From positions 1,568,001 to 1,632,000 of the forward strand of contig CBDBHB010000009.1 of assembly GCA_965205505.1 (NCBI GenBank): a DNA stretch of 64,000 nucleotides. Reading direction: 5' to 3'. A program made the translations under genes and the position numbers. The notes under the pieces were generated by a model. The model saw only the letters and a program-made list of their open reading frames with translations, was not told where the DNA came from and did not search any database. Numbering within the stretch: the stretch's first letter is position 1; every line of letters starts with the position of its first letter. Shown piece by piece: positions 51,252 through 62,443 of the stretch. Source of the DNA: Acidobacteriota bacterium (lineage in GTDB: Bacteria; Acidobacteriota; UBA890; WLXD01).

Positions 51252-51601
51252 TTCCAGCAGCGATCAAGCCGACTGTTTCCTTTGCCGACTTCGAGAAGCT
51301 GGACGTGCGCGTCGGAACCATCGTGATGGTCGAGGAGGTTGCGGGAGCCGACAAGCTCATGAAGCTCACCGTCGATCTCGGCGACATGACGCGCACGGTG
51401 CTGGCCGGGATCAAGGGCGAGCGTGATGATCCGCTGCAGATCGAGGGCAGGCAGGCACTCTTCGTCGTCAACCTGGAGCCGCGGCGCATGATGGGGCAGG
51501 TTTCCGAGGGCATGCTGTTCGATCTCGGCTATGCCGACGGCATCACGCCGTGTTTGGCAATCCCGGAACATCCGGTTCCGAATGGAACGAGGGCAGGATG
51601 A
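51248..51601 (+). CDS. tRNA-binding/CsaA-like OB-fold protein
   Basis: DFEKLDVRVG, VNLEPR.M.G..SEGM. Confidence 0.85.
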   Translation: MIPAAIKPTVSFADFEKLDVRVGTIVMVEEVAGADKLMKLTVDLGDMTRTVLAGIKGERDDPLQIEGRQALFVVNLEPRRMMGQVSEGMLFDLGYADGITPCLAIPEHPVPNGTRAG

Positions 51602-52809
51602 TTCGGCGAGAGTGGTTCAACGGAGGGTTCTGGCGCACCTTGCCGTTGGCGTTGATGGTCTTGATGGCGGGGTTGGCGGCGTCTGCCTGCATGGAAGACG
51701 AGATGCTCGATCCCGAGCTCCTGGAGGATCCCAACGAAGCGGTTATCTACTTTCCGGGTCGCGGCGACGTGTGGGAGGAGCGCGAGCCGGCCGAGGCCGG
51801 CTTCAGCCCCTTGTTGTTGGAGGAGGCCATCGACTACGCCGTAATGAACGAGACCGACATACCCACCGATCTGCGAGAGTACCTCGAGAGCCGTTCCGAG
51901 GGGCGCGATGATCAGGAGATCACCGGTTCGGTGAAGGATCGCGGCTCGATGAACGGCCTCGTGTTGCATCGCGGCTATGTCGTCGCGGAGTGGGGCGACA
52001 CGAGCCGCGTTGACATGGCGTTCAGCATCACCAAAAGCTTCTTGTCGACGGTCGTCGGGTTGGCCGCCGACCGTGGTCTGATTCCTGATCTGGAGGGCCG
52101 GGTCGCGGACACGGTCGACGACGGCGGCTACGACTCGGAGCAGAATGCGCCGATAACCTGGCGGCACTCGCTGCGTCAGACAAGCGAGTGGGAGGGCGTG
52201 CTGTGGGACAAGGCCGATACGGCGGACCGACGCGAGGGCGTTGACCGCCAGCTGCAGATACCCGGTACGTTCTGGGAATACAACGACGTACGAGTAAATC
52301 GTACGGCGCTGTCGGCAGCGCGGGTTTGGCAACGGTCGCTTCCCGACGTGCTCGATCGCGAGATCATGACGCCGATTGGCAGCAGCCGATCGTGGCGCTG
52401 GCACGGCTATCGCAACTCGATCGTCGAGATCGGAGGTGCGGAAGTCGAGTCAGTAAGCGGCGGCGGCCACTGGGGTGGTGGCCTGTGGATCTCCAGTCGT
52501 GATCTGGCGCGGTTCGGGCTTCTCTATTTGCGCCGCGGCGTGTGGCGAGAGGAGCAGCTGCTGTCGGAAGAGTGGATCGACGACGCCACCACTCCCGGCG
52601 AGCTGAACCTGACATACGGCCACATGTGGTGGCTCAATACCGATGGCGAGCTATGGCCAAGCGCGTCGGAGGAGTCGTTTGGGGCTCGAGGTGGCGGTGC
52701 CAACCTGCTGTGGATCGACCCCGCGCTTGATCTCGTGGTGGTCGTCCGATGGATCCAGCCAGGTACGGAGGACGGCTTTCTCGAGAAAGTTATCGCCGCG
52801 GCCGGTTGA
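51598..52809 (+). CDS. Serine hydrolase (beta-lactamase-related) lipoprotein
   Basis: SITKS, YND, DLARFG, YGHMWW. Confidence 0.85.
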   Translation: MIRREWFNGGFWRTLPLALMVLMAGLAASACMEDEMLDPELLEDPNEAVIYFPGRGDVWEEREPAEAGFSPLLLEEAIDYAVMNETDIPTDLREYLESRSEGRDDQEITGSVKDRGSMNGLVLHRGYVVAEWGDTSRVDMAFSITKSFLSTVVGLAADRGLIPDLEGRVADTVDDGGYDSEQNAPITWRHSLRQTSEWEGVLWDKADTADRREGVDRQLQIPGTFWEYNDVRVNRTALSAARVWQRSLPDVLDREIMTPIGSSRSWRWHGYRNSIVEIGGAEVESVSGGGHWGGGLWISSRDLARFGLLYLRRGVWREEQLLSEEWIDDATTPGELNLTYGHMWWLNTDGELWPSASEESFGARGGGANLLWIDPALDLVVVVRWIQPGTEDGFLEKVIAAAG

Positions 52810-52831
52810 TTTGCCTGAGACGCGCCGGGCG

Positions 52832-53533
52832 ATGGTGGTACTGCGCGATCTGGTAAAGGAATACGGCGAAGCCGATGTCGTGCACCGGATTCTCGACGGC
52901 GTCAGCACCAGCATCGGACGCGGTGAGTTCGTCGTGGTATTGGGACGCAGCGGCTCGGGAAAGTCGACCCTGCTGAATCTGATCGCCGGACTGGACCAGC
53001 CGACAGGGGGCGAGGTGCATGTCGGCGATGCTCGCATCGATGCGCTTAGCGAGCGCGACCGCACGCTGTTTCGCCGTCGCTGCATCGGTTTCGTGTTCCA
53101 GTTCTTCAACCTGCTACCGACGCTGACAGTCCAGGAGAACGTTCTCCTGCCGCTCGAACTATGCGGCACGCTGAACACTCGCACAGGTTTGGCCGCCAAC
53201 CAGCTGCTCGCCGACATCGGCCTGGCTGACCGCGTGAACAGCTTCCCTGACCGGCTATCCGGCGGCGAACAGCAGCGACTCGCGATAGCTCGGGCGCTGG
53301 TGCACGAGCCGGAGCTGCTGCTGGCGGATGAGCCCACAGGCAACCTCGACATTGAAACCGGGGAGGAGGTTCTCAGTCTCCTCGACCGACTCGTGCGGCA
53401 GCGGGGCCGCACGCTGATCATGGCGACGCACAGTCACGAGATCGCCGCGACCGCCGATCGCGTGCTGCAGATCCGTGACGGCCAGTTGCAGGAGTCGGTA
53501 GCTCGGCGCCAGGGAGAGTCGCTGAGGAGATGA
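52832..53533 (+). CDS. ABC transporter ATP-binding protein (LolD-like)
   Basis: [26 protein letters not shown]. Confidence 0.92.
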   Translation: MVVLRDLVKEYGEADVVHRILDGVSTSIGRGEFVVVLGRSGSGKSTLLNLIAGLDQPTGGEVHVGDARIDALSERDRTLFRRRCIGFVFQFFNLLPTLTVQENVLLPLELCGTLNTRTGLAANQLLADIGLADRVNSFPDRLSGGEQQRLAIARALVHEPELLLADEPTGNLDIETGEEVLSLLDRLVRQRGRTLIMATHSHEIAATADRVLQIRDGQLQESVARRQGESLRR

Positions 53534-56103
53534 CGGCCTCGGCTCGCCTGCTTCGACGCAGCAGCTACCGCTACCTTCAGAAACATCCCTGGCAGCTGGT
53601 GCTTTCGGTGCTCGGTGTAGCGCTGGGCGTCGCGGTTGCGGTCTCCGTCGACCTCGCTACGGGGTCGGCGCAACGCGCCTTCGAGCTGTCGACGGAGGCT
53701 CTAACCGGAACTACAACGCACCAAGTGGTCGCGGGTAGCGGCGGGCTCGACGAGGCTACCTACCGGCGCATACGCGTTGACCTGGACATCCGGACCGCCG
53801 CACCCGTCGTCACGGGCTACGTCGCCCTGGCAAGCGACCCTACTCAGGTACTGCGCTTGCTAGGAGTCGATCCGCTGGCCGAGAGGGCGGTGCGTACCTA
53901 CCTTGCCGCGAGCCTGGCAGATGCGCAGGCCCCTGACGAGTCCACCTCCTTGCCCCTTGGGGAGCTGATTGGCAGGCCGGGCGCAACGGCAGTTACGGCG
54001 CAAACTGCGGAAGCTCTCGGCTTGGCACCTGGTGCGCGGCTCGAGGTGCTCGTGGACGGCCGCAAAGAGCAGCTGTCGGTGGTGGCGGTAATGGGTACCG
54101 ACCGCACGGTGAATCGTGCTGGTCTACGCGACGTGCTTGTGGTCGACGTTTCCACCGCCCAGGAGGTTCTGGGCATGACAGGTCGGCTGACACACATTGA
54201 CCTACGGCTCGAGCGCGCTGACGTTGCGGCTGCTCTCGAGCGCATCGAGCCGGTGCTCTCGCCGAGGGCGCAGATCATCGCCGCTGGTGCTCGCACCGAG
54301 ACCACACTGCAGATGACGCGCGCGTTTCGCACCAACCTGCGCGCCATGAGCCTGCTGGCGATGGTCTGCGGCATGTTCCTCATCTACAACACGATGACGT
54401 TCTCCGTGGTGCAGCGGCGGTCGCTCATCGGTACCCTGCGCTCCCTCGGCGTGACGCGTGCCGAGATTTTTCGGCTGGTGATCGGCGAGGCCATGGTTGT
54501 CGGCGTGGTGGGCACCCTGGTGGGGTTGACCGCGGGCGTCGGTCTGGGACGTTTCCTCGTGGACCTAGTGACGCGTACGGTCAACGATCTCTACTTCGTG
54601 GTGACGGTCCGCGAGCTGGCGGTGTCCCCGGTGAGCATCGCGGTGGGCGCGCTGCTGGGGCTCGGCACGACGGTCGTGGCCGCACTCGTGCCGGCCCATG
54701 AGGCAACCCGAACGGCACCTCGTAAGGCGCTGGCGCGCTCGGAGATCGAGATTCGAACGCGCGCGTTGACTCCGAGGCTGGCAGCAGTGGCGACGTTACT
54801 GGGGGTGCTGGGGGCGGCCGCCATCGCCTTTCCGTCGGCGAGCCTGGTAGCCGCGTTTGCCGGACTGTTCGCCCTTCTCCTCGGCGCCGCGTTGCTGACC
54901 CCACTGGCCACGCGCGCCATGGCTGACCTGTTGCGTCGCCTGGTGCTCCGCCGCCTCGGGCCGGTGGGCACCCTGTCGTCGCGCGGCGTTGCCGCAGGGC
55001 TCAGCCGCACGGCGGTCGCGGTGGCGGCGTTGATGATCGCAGTGTCCGTAGTTATCGGCGTCGGGGTGATGGTGGCGAGCTTCCGGCTCACGTTGGTTCG
55101 CTGGCTCGACTACACACTGCAGGCGGATCTCTATGTGTCGTCGGCCTCGGCGCGTCGTTCAGCGGCGGATCTGGTGTTGGACGAGTCGGTGCGGACAACG
55201 CTCGAAGCGCACTCCGCGATCGTCAGGCTCGGTACCATCCGTATGGTGACGCTGCCGGCGGGGAACGCCGAGATCGCTCTGATCGCCATCGAGGATGGGG
55301 TCGACGATGGGTCGGCTTATCGACTGAAGGCGGGCGATTCGGACGCCTGGCAGACGTTCGTCGATGGAGACGTGCTGGTGTCCGAGCCCTACGCTTCTCG
55401 TCACGGCACCGAAGTAGGCGACGAGTTGGTCCTGCGCACCGAGCGCGGCGACCGCGCCTTCCGCGTCGCCGGCATCTACTACAGCTATGCCAGCGATCGG
55501 GGTGCCGTGTTGATGCATCGCGGTACCTACGATCGGTGGTGGTCCGATCGCGGCATCAGCGGGCTATCGATAACCGCGCAGCCGGGAGCGGCGCTCGACG
55601 CCTTGGCGGTAGATGTGCGCAACGCCTTTCCGCAGCAGCGGGTTGTCGTCACGACGAATCGGCTGCTGCGGGAGCGTTCGTTGCGCATATTCGATCGCAC
55701 GTTCCTGATCACCGGCGTGCTGCGGACACTGGTGATGATTGTTGCGTTCATCGGCGTGTTCAGTGCCCTCATGGCGATCCACCTCGAGAACACCCGGGAG
55801 TACGGCGTTCTGCGGGCCACCGGTCTTACACCGGCGCAGCTCTGGGCAATGATAACGTCGCAGACGGGTCTGATCGGCTTCATTGCGGGCGTCCTGGCGG
55901 TGCCGCTGGGCCTCGGCCTCGCCTGGGTCATGATCCACGTCATCAACAAGCGCTCGTTCGGCTGGACGCTACAGATGCATGTGCCGGTGGACATTCTGCT
56001 GCAGGCGATCGCACTGGCGATGATCGCGGCGCTGCTGGCCGGACTGTATCCAGCAGCTCGGATCGCGCAATTGCCTCCGGTGGCAGCGTTGCGCGAGGAA
56101 TAA
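53530..56103 (+). CDS. FtsX/MacB-like ABC permease
   Basis: Duplicated periplasmic plus TM architecture; IGTLRSLG; ALREE. Confidence 0.88.
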   Translation: MTASARLLRRSSYRYLQKHPWQLVLSVLGVALGVAVAVSVDLATGSAQRAFELSTEALTGTTTHQVVAGSGGLDEATYRRIRVDLDIRTAAPVVTGYVALASDPTQVLRLLGVDPLAERAVRTYLAASLADAQAPDESTSLPLGELIGRPGATAVTAQTAEALGLAPGARLEVLVDGRKEQLSVVAVMGTDRTVNRAGLRDVLVVDVSTAQEVLGMTGRLTHIDLRLERADVAAALERIEPVLSPRAQIIAAGARTETTLQMTRAFRTNLRAMSLLAMVCGMFLIYNTMTFSVVQRRSLIGTLRSLGVTRAEIFRLVIGEAMVVGVVGTLVGLTAGVGLGRFLVDLVTRTVNDLYFVVTVRELAVSPVSIAVGALLGLGTTVVAALVPAHEATRTAPRKALARSEIEIRTRALTPRLAAVATLLGVLGAAAIAFPSASLVAAFAGLFALLLGAALLTPLATRAMADLLRRLVLRRLGPVGTLSSRGVAAGLSRTAVAVAALMIAVSVVIGVGVMVASFRLTLVRWLDYTLQADLYVSSASARRSAADLVLDESVRTTLEAHSAIVRLGTIRMVTLPAGNAEIALIAIEDGVDDGSAYRLKAGDSDAWQTFVDGDVLVSEPYASRHGTEVGDELVLRTERGDRAFRVAGIYYSYASDRGAVLMHRGTYDRWWSDRGISGLSITAQPGAALDALAVDVRNAFPQQRVVVTTNRLLRERSLRIFDRTFLITGVLRTLVMIVAFIGVFSALMAIHLENTREYGVLRATGLTPAQLWAMITSQTGLIGFIAGVLAVPLGLGLAWVMIHVINKRSFGWTLQMHVPVDILLQAIALAMIAALLAGLYPAARIAQLPPVAALREE

Positions 56104-56105
56104 CC

Positions 56106-57263
56106 GTGCGACGCCATCCCACGCGAGCCCTGGCAAGCCTCTTGATCCTGACGATCGGCTGCACTCGAGGCTCAGCACTGGCACCGCCGCGTGCCGGGCT
56201 TTCGGTGACGTCGGTGCTCGGTGGCGAGACGCTGGGCTTCGCTCGGGCAGAAAGGCCCAGAGAGTTCGTCTTTCCACAGGATCACGCCGAGCACTCTGAC
56301 TTCCGCAACGAGTGGTGGTACCTCACCGGGCATCTCACCGACGATGATGGCGACGATTTTGGCTACCAGCTGACCTTCTTCCGCACCGCGCTCACGGCCG
56401 CAGCACCGCAACGAGAGTCGGCGTGGGCGGCCCAGAACCTGTACATGGGGCACTTCGCGCTGAGCGACGTGGCAGCCCAGGAGTTTCATTTGGCCGAGCG
56501 GTTCGCGCGCGGTGCCCTCGGGCTTGCCGGCACGACCGTCGACCCCTTGTCGGTTTGGCTCGAAGGCTGGCGCATGGAGGCCGTGCCTGCGGAGCCGGGC
56601 TCGACACCAGGGGATCTTCCGGAGCTCCGGCTGCTGGCCGCCGAAGACGGCTTTGCTGTGGATCTGCGCCTGCAGCCGCGCAGGCCGGTCGTTGCGCAAG
56701 GCGACAGCGGCCTCAGCCGCAAGGGGGCGAGTCCCGGCAACGCCTCGCACTATTACAGCGTCACCCGGTTGCAGACAGCCGGCGTGGTCCGCGTTGGTGG
56801 GGTGTTCCACGAGGTCACCGGGTCGAGCTGGTTCGACCGTGAGTGGAGCACCAGCGCCCTCGAGCCCGACCAGGTCGGCTGGGATTGGTTCTCTCTTCAA
56901 CTGTCAGACGGTCGTGACCTGATGCTGTACCTGATGCGTCGCGCCGACCGCACCAACGATCCGGTGAGCAGCGGCACGGTGATCGAGTCCGACGGCTCCT
57001 CGATTCATCTGCGGAAAGCCGACTTCGACGTGCAGGTACTCGATCGGTGGCGAAGTCGTGCGGGTGTGGTGTATCCGTCGCGATGGCGGATTCGGGTGCC
57101 GAGCATCGAGCTCGATCTCGAGGTGGAGCCGATGCTTGCCGATCAGGAGTTCGCGGCCACATTTCGCTACTGGGAGGGCATGGTGCACGCCGAGGGCAGA
57201 GCAGCCGGCGAAGCCATCAGCGCCCGCGGCTTCGTCGAGTTGACGGGCTACACGGTCAACTGA
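56106..57263 (+). CDS. AttH/CrtC-like lipocalin-domain protein
   Basis: FPQDH..H..EWWY.TG, SHYYS, WFDREWS, GWDWFS, YWEG, ELTGY. Confidence 0.85.
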   Translation: MRRHPTRALASLLILTIGCTRGSALAPPRAGLSVTSVLGGETLGFARAERPREFVFPQDHAEHSDFRNEWWYLTGHLTDDDGDDFGYQLTFFRTALTAAAPQRESAWAAQNLYMGHFALSDVAAQEFHLAERFARGALGLAGTTVDPLSVWLEGWRMEAVPAEPGSTPGDLPELRLLAAEDGFAVDLRLQPRRPVVAQGDSGLSRKGASPGNASHYYSVTRLQTAGVVRVGGVFHEVTGSSWFDREWSTSALEPDQVGWDWFSLQLSDGRDLMLYLMRRADRTNDPVSSGTVIESDGSSIHLRKADFDVQVLDRWRSRAGVVYPSRWRIRVPSIELDLEVEPMLADQEFAATFRYWEGMVHAEGRAAGEAISARGFVELTGYTVN

Positions 57264-57278
57264 CGCCGGACACGCAGC

Positions 57279-57638
57279 TCAGCCAGCCTGGAGGATCTCG
57301 ATGTCGTAGCCGTCGGGATCCTTCACGAAGATATAGCGTCCTGGATCGGGCTGGGAGCGGCGGTGCCACCAGCCTCGTGCCTCCACATCGCAAACCACCA
57401 CCTCCAGGTCGTCGGCAGTGAACGCCAGATGCCCGAACTGGTTGCCGGGTTCGTAGTCGCGCCCGTCATGGTTGTAGGTGAGCTCGATGTAGTGGTGTTC
57501 CTCTGCGTCTGCCAGGAACACCAGCGTGGCGTCGTTGAGCTCGGACCGCCGCACCTCGCGTAGGCCGAGGAAGCCGCTGTAGAACTCGATCGACGCCTCC
57601 ACGTCCCGGACCCGAATCATGGTGTGCGCGAGTTTCAT
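57279..57638 (-). CDS. VOC family (lactoylglutathione lyase-like)
   Basis: HTMIRV, IELTYNH, GHLAF, DPDGY.IE. Confidence 0.85.
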   Translation of the reverse strand: MKLAHTMIRVRDVEASIEFYSGFLGLREVRRSELNDATLVFLADAEEHHYIELTYNHDGRDYEPGNQFGHLAFTADDLEVVVCDVEARGWWHRRSQPDPGRYIFVKDPDGYDIEILQAG

Positions 57639-57726
57639 GCTTCCTCCGCTATAGGGTGGCCACCACGGTCTGCTAGGGCTTCTGGAGGCAGTCTACCGTT
57701 TCGTCGTCCTCGTCTATGATGCCGCC

Positions 57727-58944
57727 ATGGCGGAGCGGTGGCGAGTCTTGTGGTGGCTTTCGCTGGCGGAGCTGCTGGCGATGTCGTTATGGATGTCGGC
57801 GTCAGCCGTGGTCCCGGCGCTCACCACCGAGTGGGGTCTCGATGCGGGCGAGCGCGCATGGCTGACGGTGAGCGTACAGCTCGGATTCGTGGTCGGTGCT
57901 TTGGCCCTGGCGATCACCAACGCTGCCGACCTCGTCGCTGCGCATCGCTTGTTCCAGCTCGGCGCGGTGCTTGGAGCGTCGCTGAATGCGGCCATCCCGC
58001 TGATCGAGCAGGGATTGCTAGCCGTGTTGATATTGCGGGGCGCCACCGGCGCCTGCCTCGCCGGCGTATACCCGCCGGCGATGAAGCTCATGGCGAGCTG
58101 GTTCGAGCGCGGGCGCGGCCTGGCGATCGGTGCTCTGGTGGGTGCCACAACCATCGGCACCGCCTTGCCTCACCTGTTCGGTGTGTTGCCGCTTGCGACA
58201 TCACCCGACGGCTTGCCTTCGTGGCGCGTGGTCATGCTCTCGGCGTCGGCGGCGGCGTTGATTTCGGTGGTGGTCATCGGCTGGACGGTACGCCCGGGCC
58301 CACACCTGCCGGCGGCCACTCGCTTCAGGTGGCGCCAAGCAGCGCGCAGCCTACGCGACCCGGCGAGCCGCCGCGCCAACTTCGGGTACCTGGGACACAT
58401 GTGGGAGCTGTATGCGATGTGGGCTTGGGCACCCATCCTGCTGCTCGAGAGCTACCGCGCGGCCGGCTATGGCGAGGCCGCGGCACATATTGCCGGTTTC
58501 GCCACCATCGCTGTCGGCGGCGTGGGATCGTTGGTTGCGGGGGCGCTCGCCGACCGTATCGGCCGCACCACCACTACCAGCATCGCGATGGGGGTGTCGG
58601 GGGCCTGCGCCCTGCTGGTGGGCTGGCTCGGACCCTGGCCACTGCTGCTGACTGTCGTATGCCTGATATGGGGCCTCACGGTGGTTGCTGACAGCGCCCA
58701 GTTCAGCGCCGCGGTCAGCGAGTTGGGTGATCCGGCCTACGTCGGCACGGCGCTCACGATGCAAACCGCTATGGGGTTCCTGCTCACGACGGTCACCGTT
58801 CGCCTGGTGCCGTCGATGGTCGACTCGTTCGGGTGGGGCGTGGCGTTCGGAGCTCTGGCGGTCGGTCCGATCTTCGGCATTGCCAACATGGTGGCGCTGC
58901 GGAGAATGCCGGAGGCGCGGCGACTCGCCGGCGGGAAGAGATAG
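57727..58944 (+). CDS. MFS transporter
   Basis: 12 TM helices, GVYPP.MK, HMWELY, DSAQFS. Confidence 0.88.
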   Translation: MAERWRVLWWLSLAELLAMSLWMSASAVVPALTTEWGLDAGERAWLTVSVQLGFVVGALALAITNAADLVAAHRLFQLGAVLGASLNAAIPLIEQGLLAVLILRGATGACLAGVYPPAMKLMASWFERGRGLAIGALVGATTIGTALPHLFGVLPLATSPDGLPSWRVVMLSASAAALISVVVIGWTVRPGPHLPAATRFRWRQAARSLRDPASRRANFGYLGHMWELYAMWAWAPILLLESYRAAGYGEAAAHIAGFATIAVGGVGSLVAGALADRIGRTTTTSIAMGVSGACALLVGWLGPWPLLLTVVCLIWGLTVVADSAQFSAAVSELGDPAYVGTALTMQTAMGFLLTTVTVRLVPSMVDSFGWGVAFGALAVGPIFGIANMVALRRMPEARRLAGGKR

Positions 58945-58989
58945 CGTCGCGGAGTCGTCACGCCGGTTTAACTATCGATGTGATTTAGA

Positions 58990-59149
58990 AGGCAAACGCG
59001 ATCACCGTAGGCCATCTACGGCCAAGATTTGTTATGTTTAGATAAGTTTTTGTTCTTTTTACTTATTCATGATATGAAATAGTGATTAAATAAGCGTAAT
59101 AACATGAATTTCATAGTTTAAGTGATTAATACTATCTATTGGATTCGTC
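58990..59149 (+). promoter_or_regulatory. AT-rich upstream region
   Basis: Sharp AT enrichment in a GC-rich background. Confidence 0.45.
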
Positions 59150-59243
59150 ATGACCGACTCCGATTGCCGCTGCCCAACAGCGCTGCTGGTCGTCGTCGAC
59201 GCGCCGATGCGCGCGCTCGCGGTGGCGGCCACCACGCCACCGT

Positions 59244-60692
59244 GTGCGCTACCTGCTGCGCGCCGGCGCCGCCCTCCGAGAGCTTCGCGACAGTCGCACC
59301 AGCCTGGCGACGGCGCAACGCCTAGCGTATCGCGACACCCTCACCGGCCTGCCGAACCGACGCCTGTTTGCCGACCGGCTCGAGAGCGCCGTGGAGGATG
59401 CCCGGCAAACGCAGCGGCGTGTCGCTTTGCTGCATCTCGATATCGACCATTTCAAGACCATCAAAGAGGGGTTCGGAAACGACTTCGGCAACCAGCTCCT
59501 GCAGCAGGCCGCCGAGCGACTCGCCAGCTGTCTGCGCGGCGACGACACGTTGGCGCGAGGCGCAGACAAGGCAGACCCTACACTCTCGCGTCTCGCCGGT
59601 GACGAGTTTATGGTGGTGCTCTCGGGGCTCGGAGACGGATCCGACCCTGGGCAGATCGCCGGCCGGTTGCTGGAAACCCTGGCCTGGCCCTTCCGAGTTG
59701 ACCAGGCCGAGCTGTTGGCCACCGGGAGCATTGGGGTAGCGATCTTTCCCGACGACGGCGAGCGCTGCGACCGGCTGATCGAGCGCGCCGGTACGGCGCT
59801 CGCGCATGCCAAGGCGCAGGGTGGCAACTGCCATCTCTTCTACAGCGACCGGATGAACACCGGTGCTGCTTCCAGGCTCGAGCTTGCCAGCCGGCTGCGC
59901 AAGGCGCTCGCTGAGCAGGAGTTCGAGCTTACCTACCAACCGATCTGCAATACGGCGTCGGGGCGCGTCGGCAGTGTGGAAGCTCTACTTCGCTGGAACG
60001 ATCCGACGCACGGCCCGGTACCGCGGTCACGGTTCGTTCAGGTGGCCGAGCAGACGGGGCTCATCCTGCCGCTGGGCGAATTGATGATTGAGCGCGCCTG
60101 CAAGCAGTGGCGCGATTGGCTCGACGCCGGGGTCGGGCGCGTCGTGATAGCGATCAACGTGTCGGCCCGGCAGTTCCGGCACGCCGGCTTCGTCGACCGC
60201 GTACGGTCGATCGTGGACAAGCATGGCGTCGATCCGTCGTTCCTCCGCTTCGAGATTACCGAGGGAGTGTTCATGCGGGCGACCCCGGGCGCAGTAGCCA
60301 ACACCCAGGCGCTCCGCACCATGGGAATCGGCCTGTCGGTCGACGATTTCGGCACCGGGTACTCGTCGCTCAGCTACCTGCGACGCTTTCCAGCCGAAGT
60401 GTTGAAGATCGATCGGTCGTTCTTGCAGGGTGTGCCCGAGAATCAAGAAAACTGCAGCTTGGTGTCGGCGATCATCGCCATGGCGCACAAGCTCCACCTG
60501 GGCGTGGTCGCCGAGGGCATCGAGAACGAGGCTCAACTACGCTTCGTAGGTGCTCTGGACTGTGAGTCAGTGCAGGGCCCTCTGCTTGGAAAGGCGATGC
60601 TCGCGGATGAGATCGAGCCGCTGCTGCGGAGCAAGCTGGAGTATTCGAGCGGCTCCTCGGTAGTGCCTTTCCGCCGTCGCGCGGCATCCTAG
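59244..60692 (+). CDS. GGDEF-EAL protein (N-terminal REC domain apparently deleted)
   Basis: DTLTGLPNR, RLAGDEF, EALLRW, DDFGTGYSSL, KIDRSF, AEGIE. Confidence 0.85.
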   Translation: MRYLLRAGAALRELRDSRTSLATAQRLAYRDTLTGLPNRRLFADRLESAVEDARQTQRRVALLHLDIDHFKTIKEGFGNDFGNQLLQQAAERLASCLRGDDTLARGADKADPTLSRLAGDEFMVVLSGLGDGSDPGQIAGRLLETLAWPFRVDQAELLATGSIGVAIFPDDGERCDRLIERAGTALAHAKAQGGNCHLFYSDRMNTGAASRLELASRLRKALAEQEFELTYQPICNTASGRVGSVEALLRWNDPTHGPVPRSRFVQVAEQTGLILPLGELMIERACKQWRDWLDAGVGRVVIAINVSARQFRHAGFVDRVRSIVDKHGVDPSFLRFEITEGVFMRATPGAVANTQALRTMGIGLSVDDFGTGYSSLSYLRRFPAEVLKIDRSFLQGVPENQENCSLVSAIIAMAHKLHLGVVAEGIENEAQLRFVGALDCESVQGPLLGKAMLADEIEPLLRSKLEYSSGSSVVPFRRRAAS

Positions 60693-60705
60693 TATTCCTG
60701 ACTCA

Positions 60706-60742
60706 GGCCTACTAGTGTCCTGACTCAGGACACTAGTAGGCC
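60706..60742. repeat. Perfect 37-bp palindrome (CTAG-bounded family)
   Basis: GGCCTACTAGTGTCCTGA-C-TCAGGACACTAGTAGGCC. Confidence 0.8.
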
Positions 60743-60788
60743 CAGGTATCTGCGCCGCGCCATCTCTGTCCGCCGCGGGGCCGTTCGG

Positions 60789-61016
60789 CTATGATCCTGA
60801 CGCCGCGCCCGGCGTCAGGCCCGGTTCGGGCCTCGCAGCACTACGCGCGGGCAACAGCAACAGGGCGTGCAGTGTCTCGAAGATCGCCGCGACCCCGAAG
60901 CCGATGAGTCTGAACGGCAGCGTCAGCAGCCACACGAACGGGTAGACGATCAGGGCGAGTAGCGCCACCGGCCAGCAGATCACCAGCAGGATCACCCACA
61001 AGAAAAACGTCCACAT
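60789..61016 (-). CDS. Small hydrophobic membrane protein
   Basis: CWP.ALLAL..YP..WL..LPFRL; GGAGG RBS. Confidence 0.6.
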   Translation of the reverse strand: MWTFFLWVILLVICWPVALLALIVYPFVWLLTLPFRLIGFGVAAIFETLHALLLLPARSAARPEPGLTPGAASGS

Positions 61017-61126
61017 ACCGATCTTCCTCCGCTCCGCCGGCCGCAGAGAGCTTTGCGGCCAGCACCGTTGCCTACCTATGTTAGACGCAGCGCTGGCGGT
61101 GGAGTTTCAACAACGCGGAGACCGCC

Positions 61127-62443
61127 GTGTATCGACGACTCGGAGCTCTTGCTGGTGTCCTTTTCTGCCTCAGCGCGCTGATTCCAGCCGCTGCCAACGG
61201 GCAAGAGGCTAGAAGACGGTGGGAACGCATGGCGCAGATTCGGCGCGACAAGTTCGACTACGTGCTGCCGGAGGCAATGCGGGAGAATCGCATCGACATG
61301 TGGATCACGGTGGTCAAAGAGGGATTGCCCGATCCGCTCACCGACGATCTGGGGCGCGGCTACGTCGGGAGTACCGGTTACTACATCTTTGCCGATCGGG
61401 GTGAGGGCCGAATCGAGCGCGCCGCCCTGGGTATCGAAGGTTACCTTCTGGAGGAGAACGGTGCCTATGACATCGTCGCCGATACCGACCTGCGCGATTT
61501 CGTGCAGGCGCGCGATCCGGAGCGCATCGGCGTGAATATGTCGCAGCAGATCGGTGGCGCCGACGGGCTATCGCACAGCAGCTACATCCATCTGGTCGAG
61601 ACGCTCGGCGAGCCCTACGCGGAAAGGCTGGTGTCGGCCGAGAAGCTGATCTCCGATTTCCGCTCCCGGCGCGTTGCCAGCGAGATCGTCGCCTTTGCGG
61701 AGGCCGGCGAGATTTCGCGTGAGATCGCCGAGCGAGCGCTCTCGAACGAGGTCATCACGCCGGGCGTAACGGCGTTGGAGGATGTCGCCTGGTGGATCAT
61801 GGACGAGCTTCTGGACCGCGGCCTGGAGACCTCGTTCGACTTTCCGTCCGTCTACATCACCGGCCCCGAGGGGATTGTTGCGACCTCTAACGAGCGCATC
61901 ATCCAGCGTGGCGATCTGCTGATGATCGACTGGGGCGTCGGCTTCCTGAACATGTACACGGACATGAAGCGCATCGCCTATGTGCTTGGCGACGGGGAGG
62001 TGGCGGCACCGGCGGGCATCCAGAACGCCTTCGATCGTGCCCGTGAGGTGCGGGAGATCATTCGTCGCACCATCAAGCCCGGCCCGACCGCGGCCGACAT
62101 GCTCGAACGCCTCCACGACGAGATCACCGCCGGCGGGTTCGAGATGATGAAGGAGTTCAATGTCACCTCGGGGAGCGACCAGACCGAGGTAATCGTCGGC
62201 TGCCACTCGGTGGGCAACCTCGGCCATGGCGTCGGACCGTCGATCGCCTGGTTCAACCCGTTGCGGCTGAGCTTCGAGATTCAGCCGACGAACCTTTTTT
62301 CCATCGAGCTATTCGCCTACACGGCGGCTCCCGAATGGGGCGGTGCGAAGGTCCGAATCCCGCTGGAGGACGATGCCATCGTCACCGAGCGCGGCGTGGA
62401 ATGGCTGTACCCGGCCAACGACCGTATTCTGCTGGTGCGCTGA
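61127..62443 (+). CDS. M24 family metallopeptidase, secreted
   Basis: GD....D.G, TD.KR, H.VG..GH, FSIE, EDD. Confidence 0.85.
   Translation: MYRRLGALAGVLFCLSALIPAAANGQEARRRWERMAQIRRDKFDYVLPEAMRENRIDMWITVVKEGLPDPLTDDLGRGYVGSTGYYIFADRGEGRIERAALGIEGYLLEENGAYDIVADTDLRDFVQARDPERIGVNMSQQIGGADGLSHSSYIHLVETLGEPYAERLVSAEKLISDFRSRRVASEIVAFAEAGEISREIAERALSNEVITPGVTALEDVAWWIMDELLDRGLETSFDFPSVYITGPEGIVATSNERIIQRGDLLMIDWGVGFLNMYTDMKRIAYVLGDGEVAAPAGIQNAFDRAREVREIIRRTIKPGPTAADMLERLHDEITAGGFEMMKEFNVTSGSDQTEVIVGCHSVGNLGHGVGPSIAWFNPLRLSFEIQPTNLFSIELFAYTAAPEWGGAKVRIPLEDDAIVTERGVEWLYPANDRILLVR

Noticed and set aside
55536-56105. N-terminal extension of the AttH-like ORF
   Set aside because: Overlaps the permease in another frame; a signal-peptide-like start is at GTG 56106
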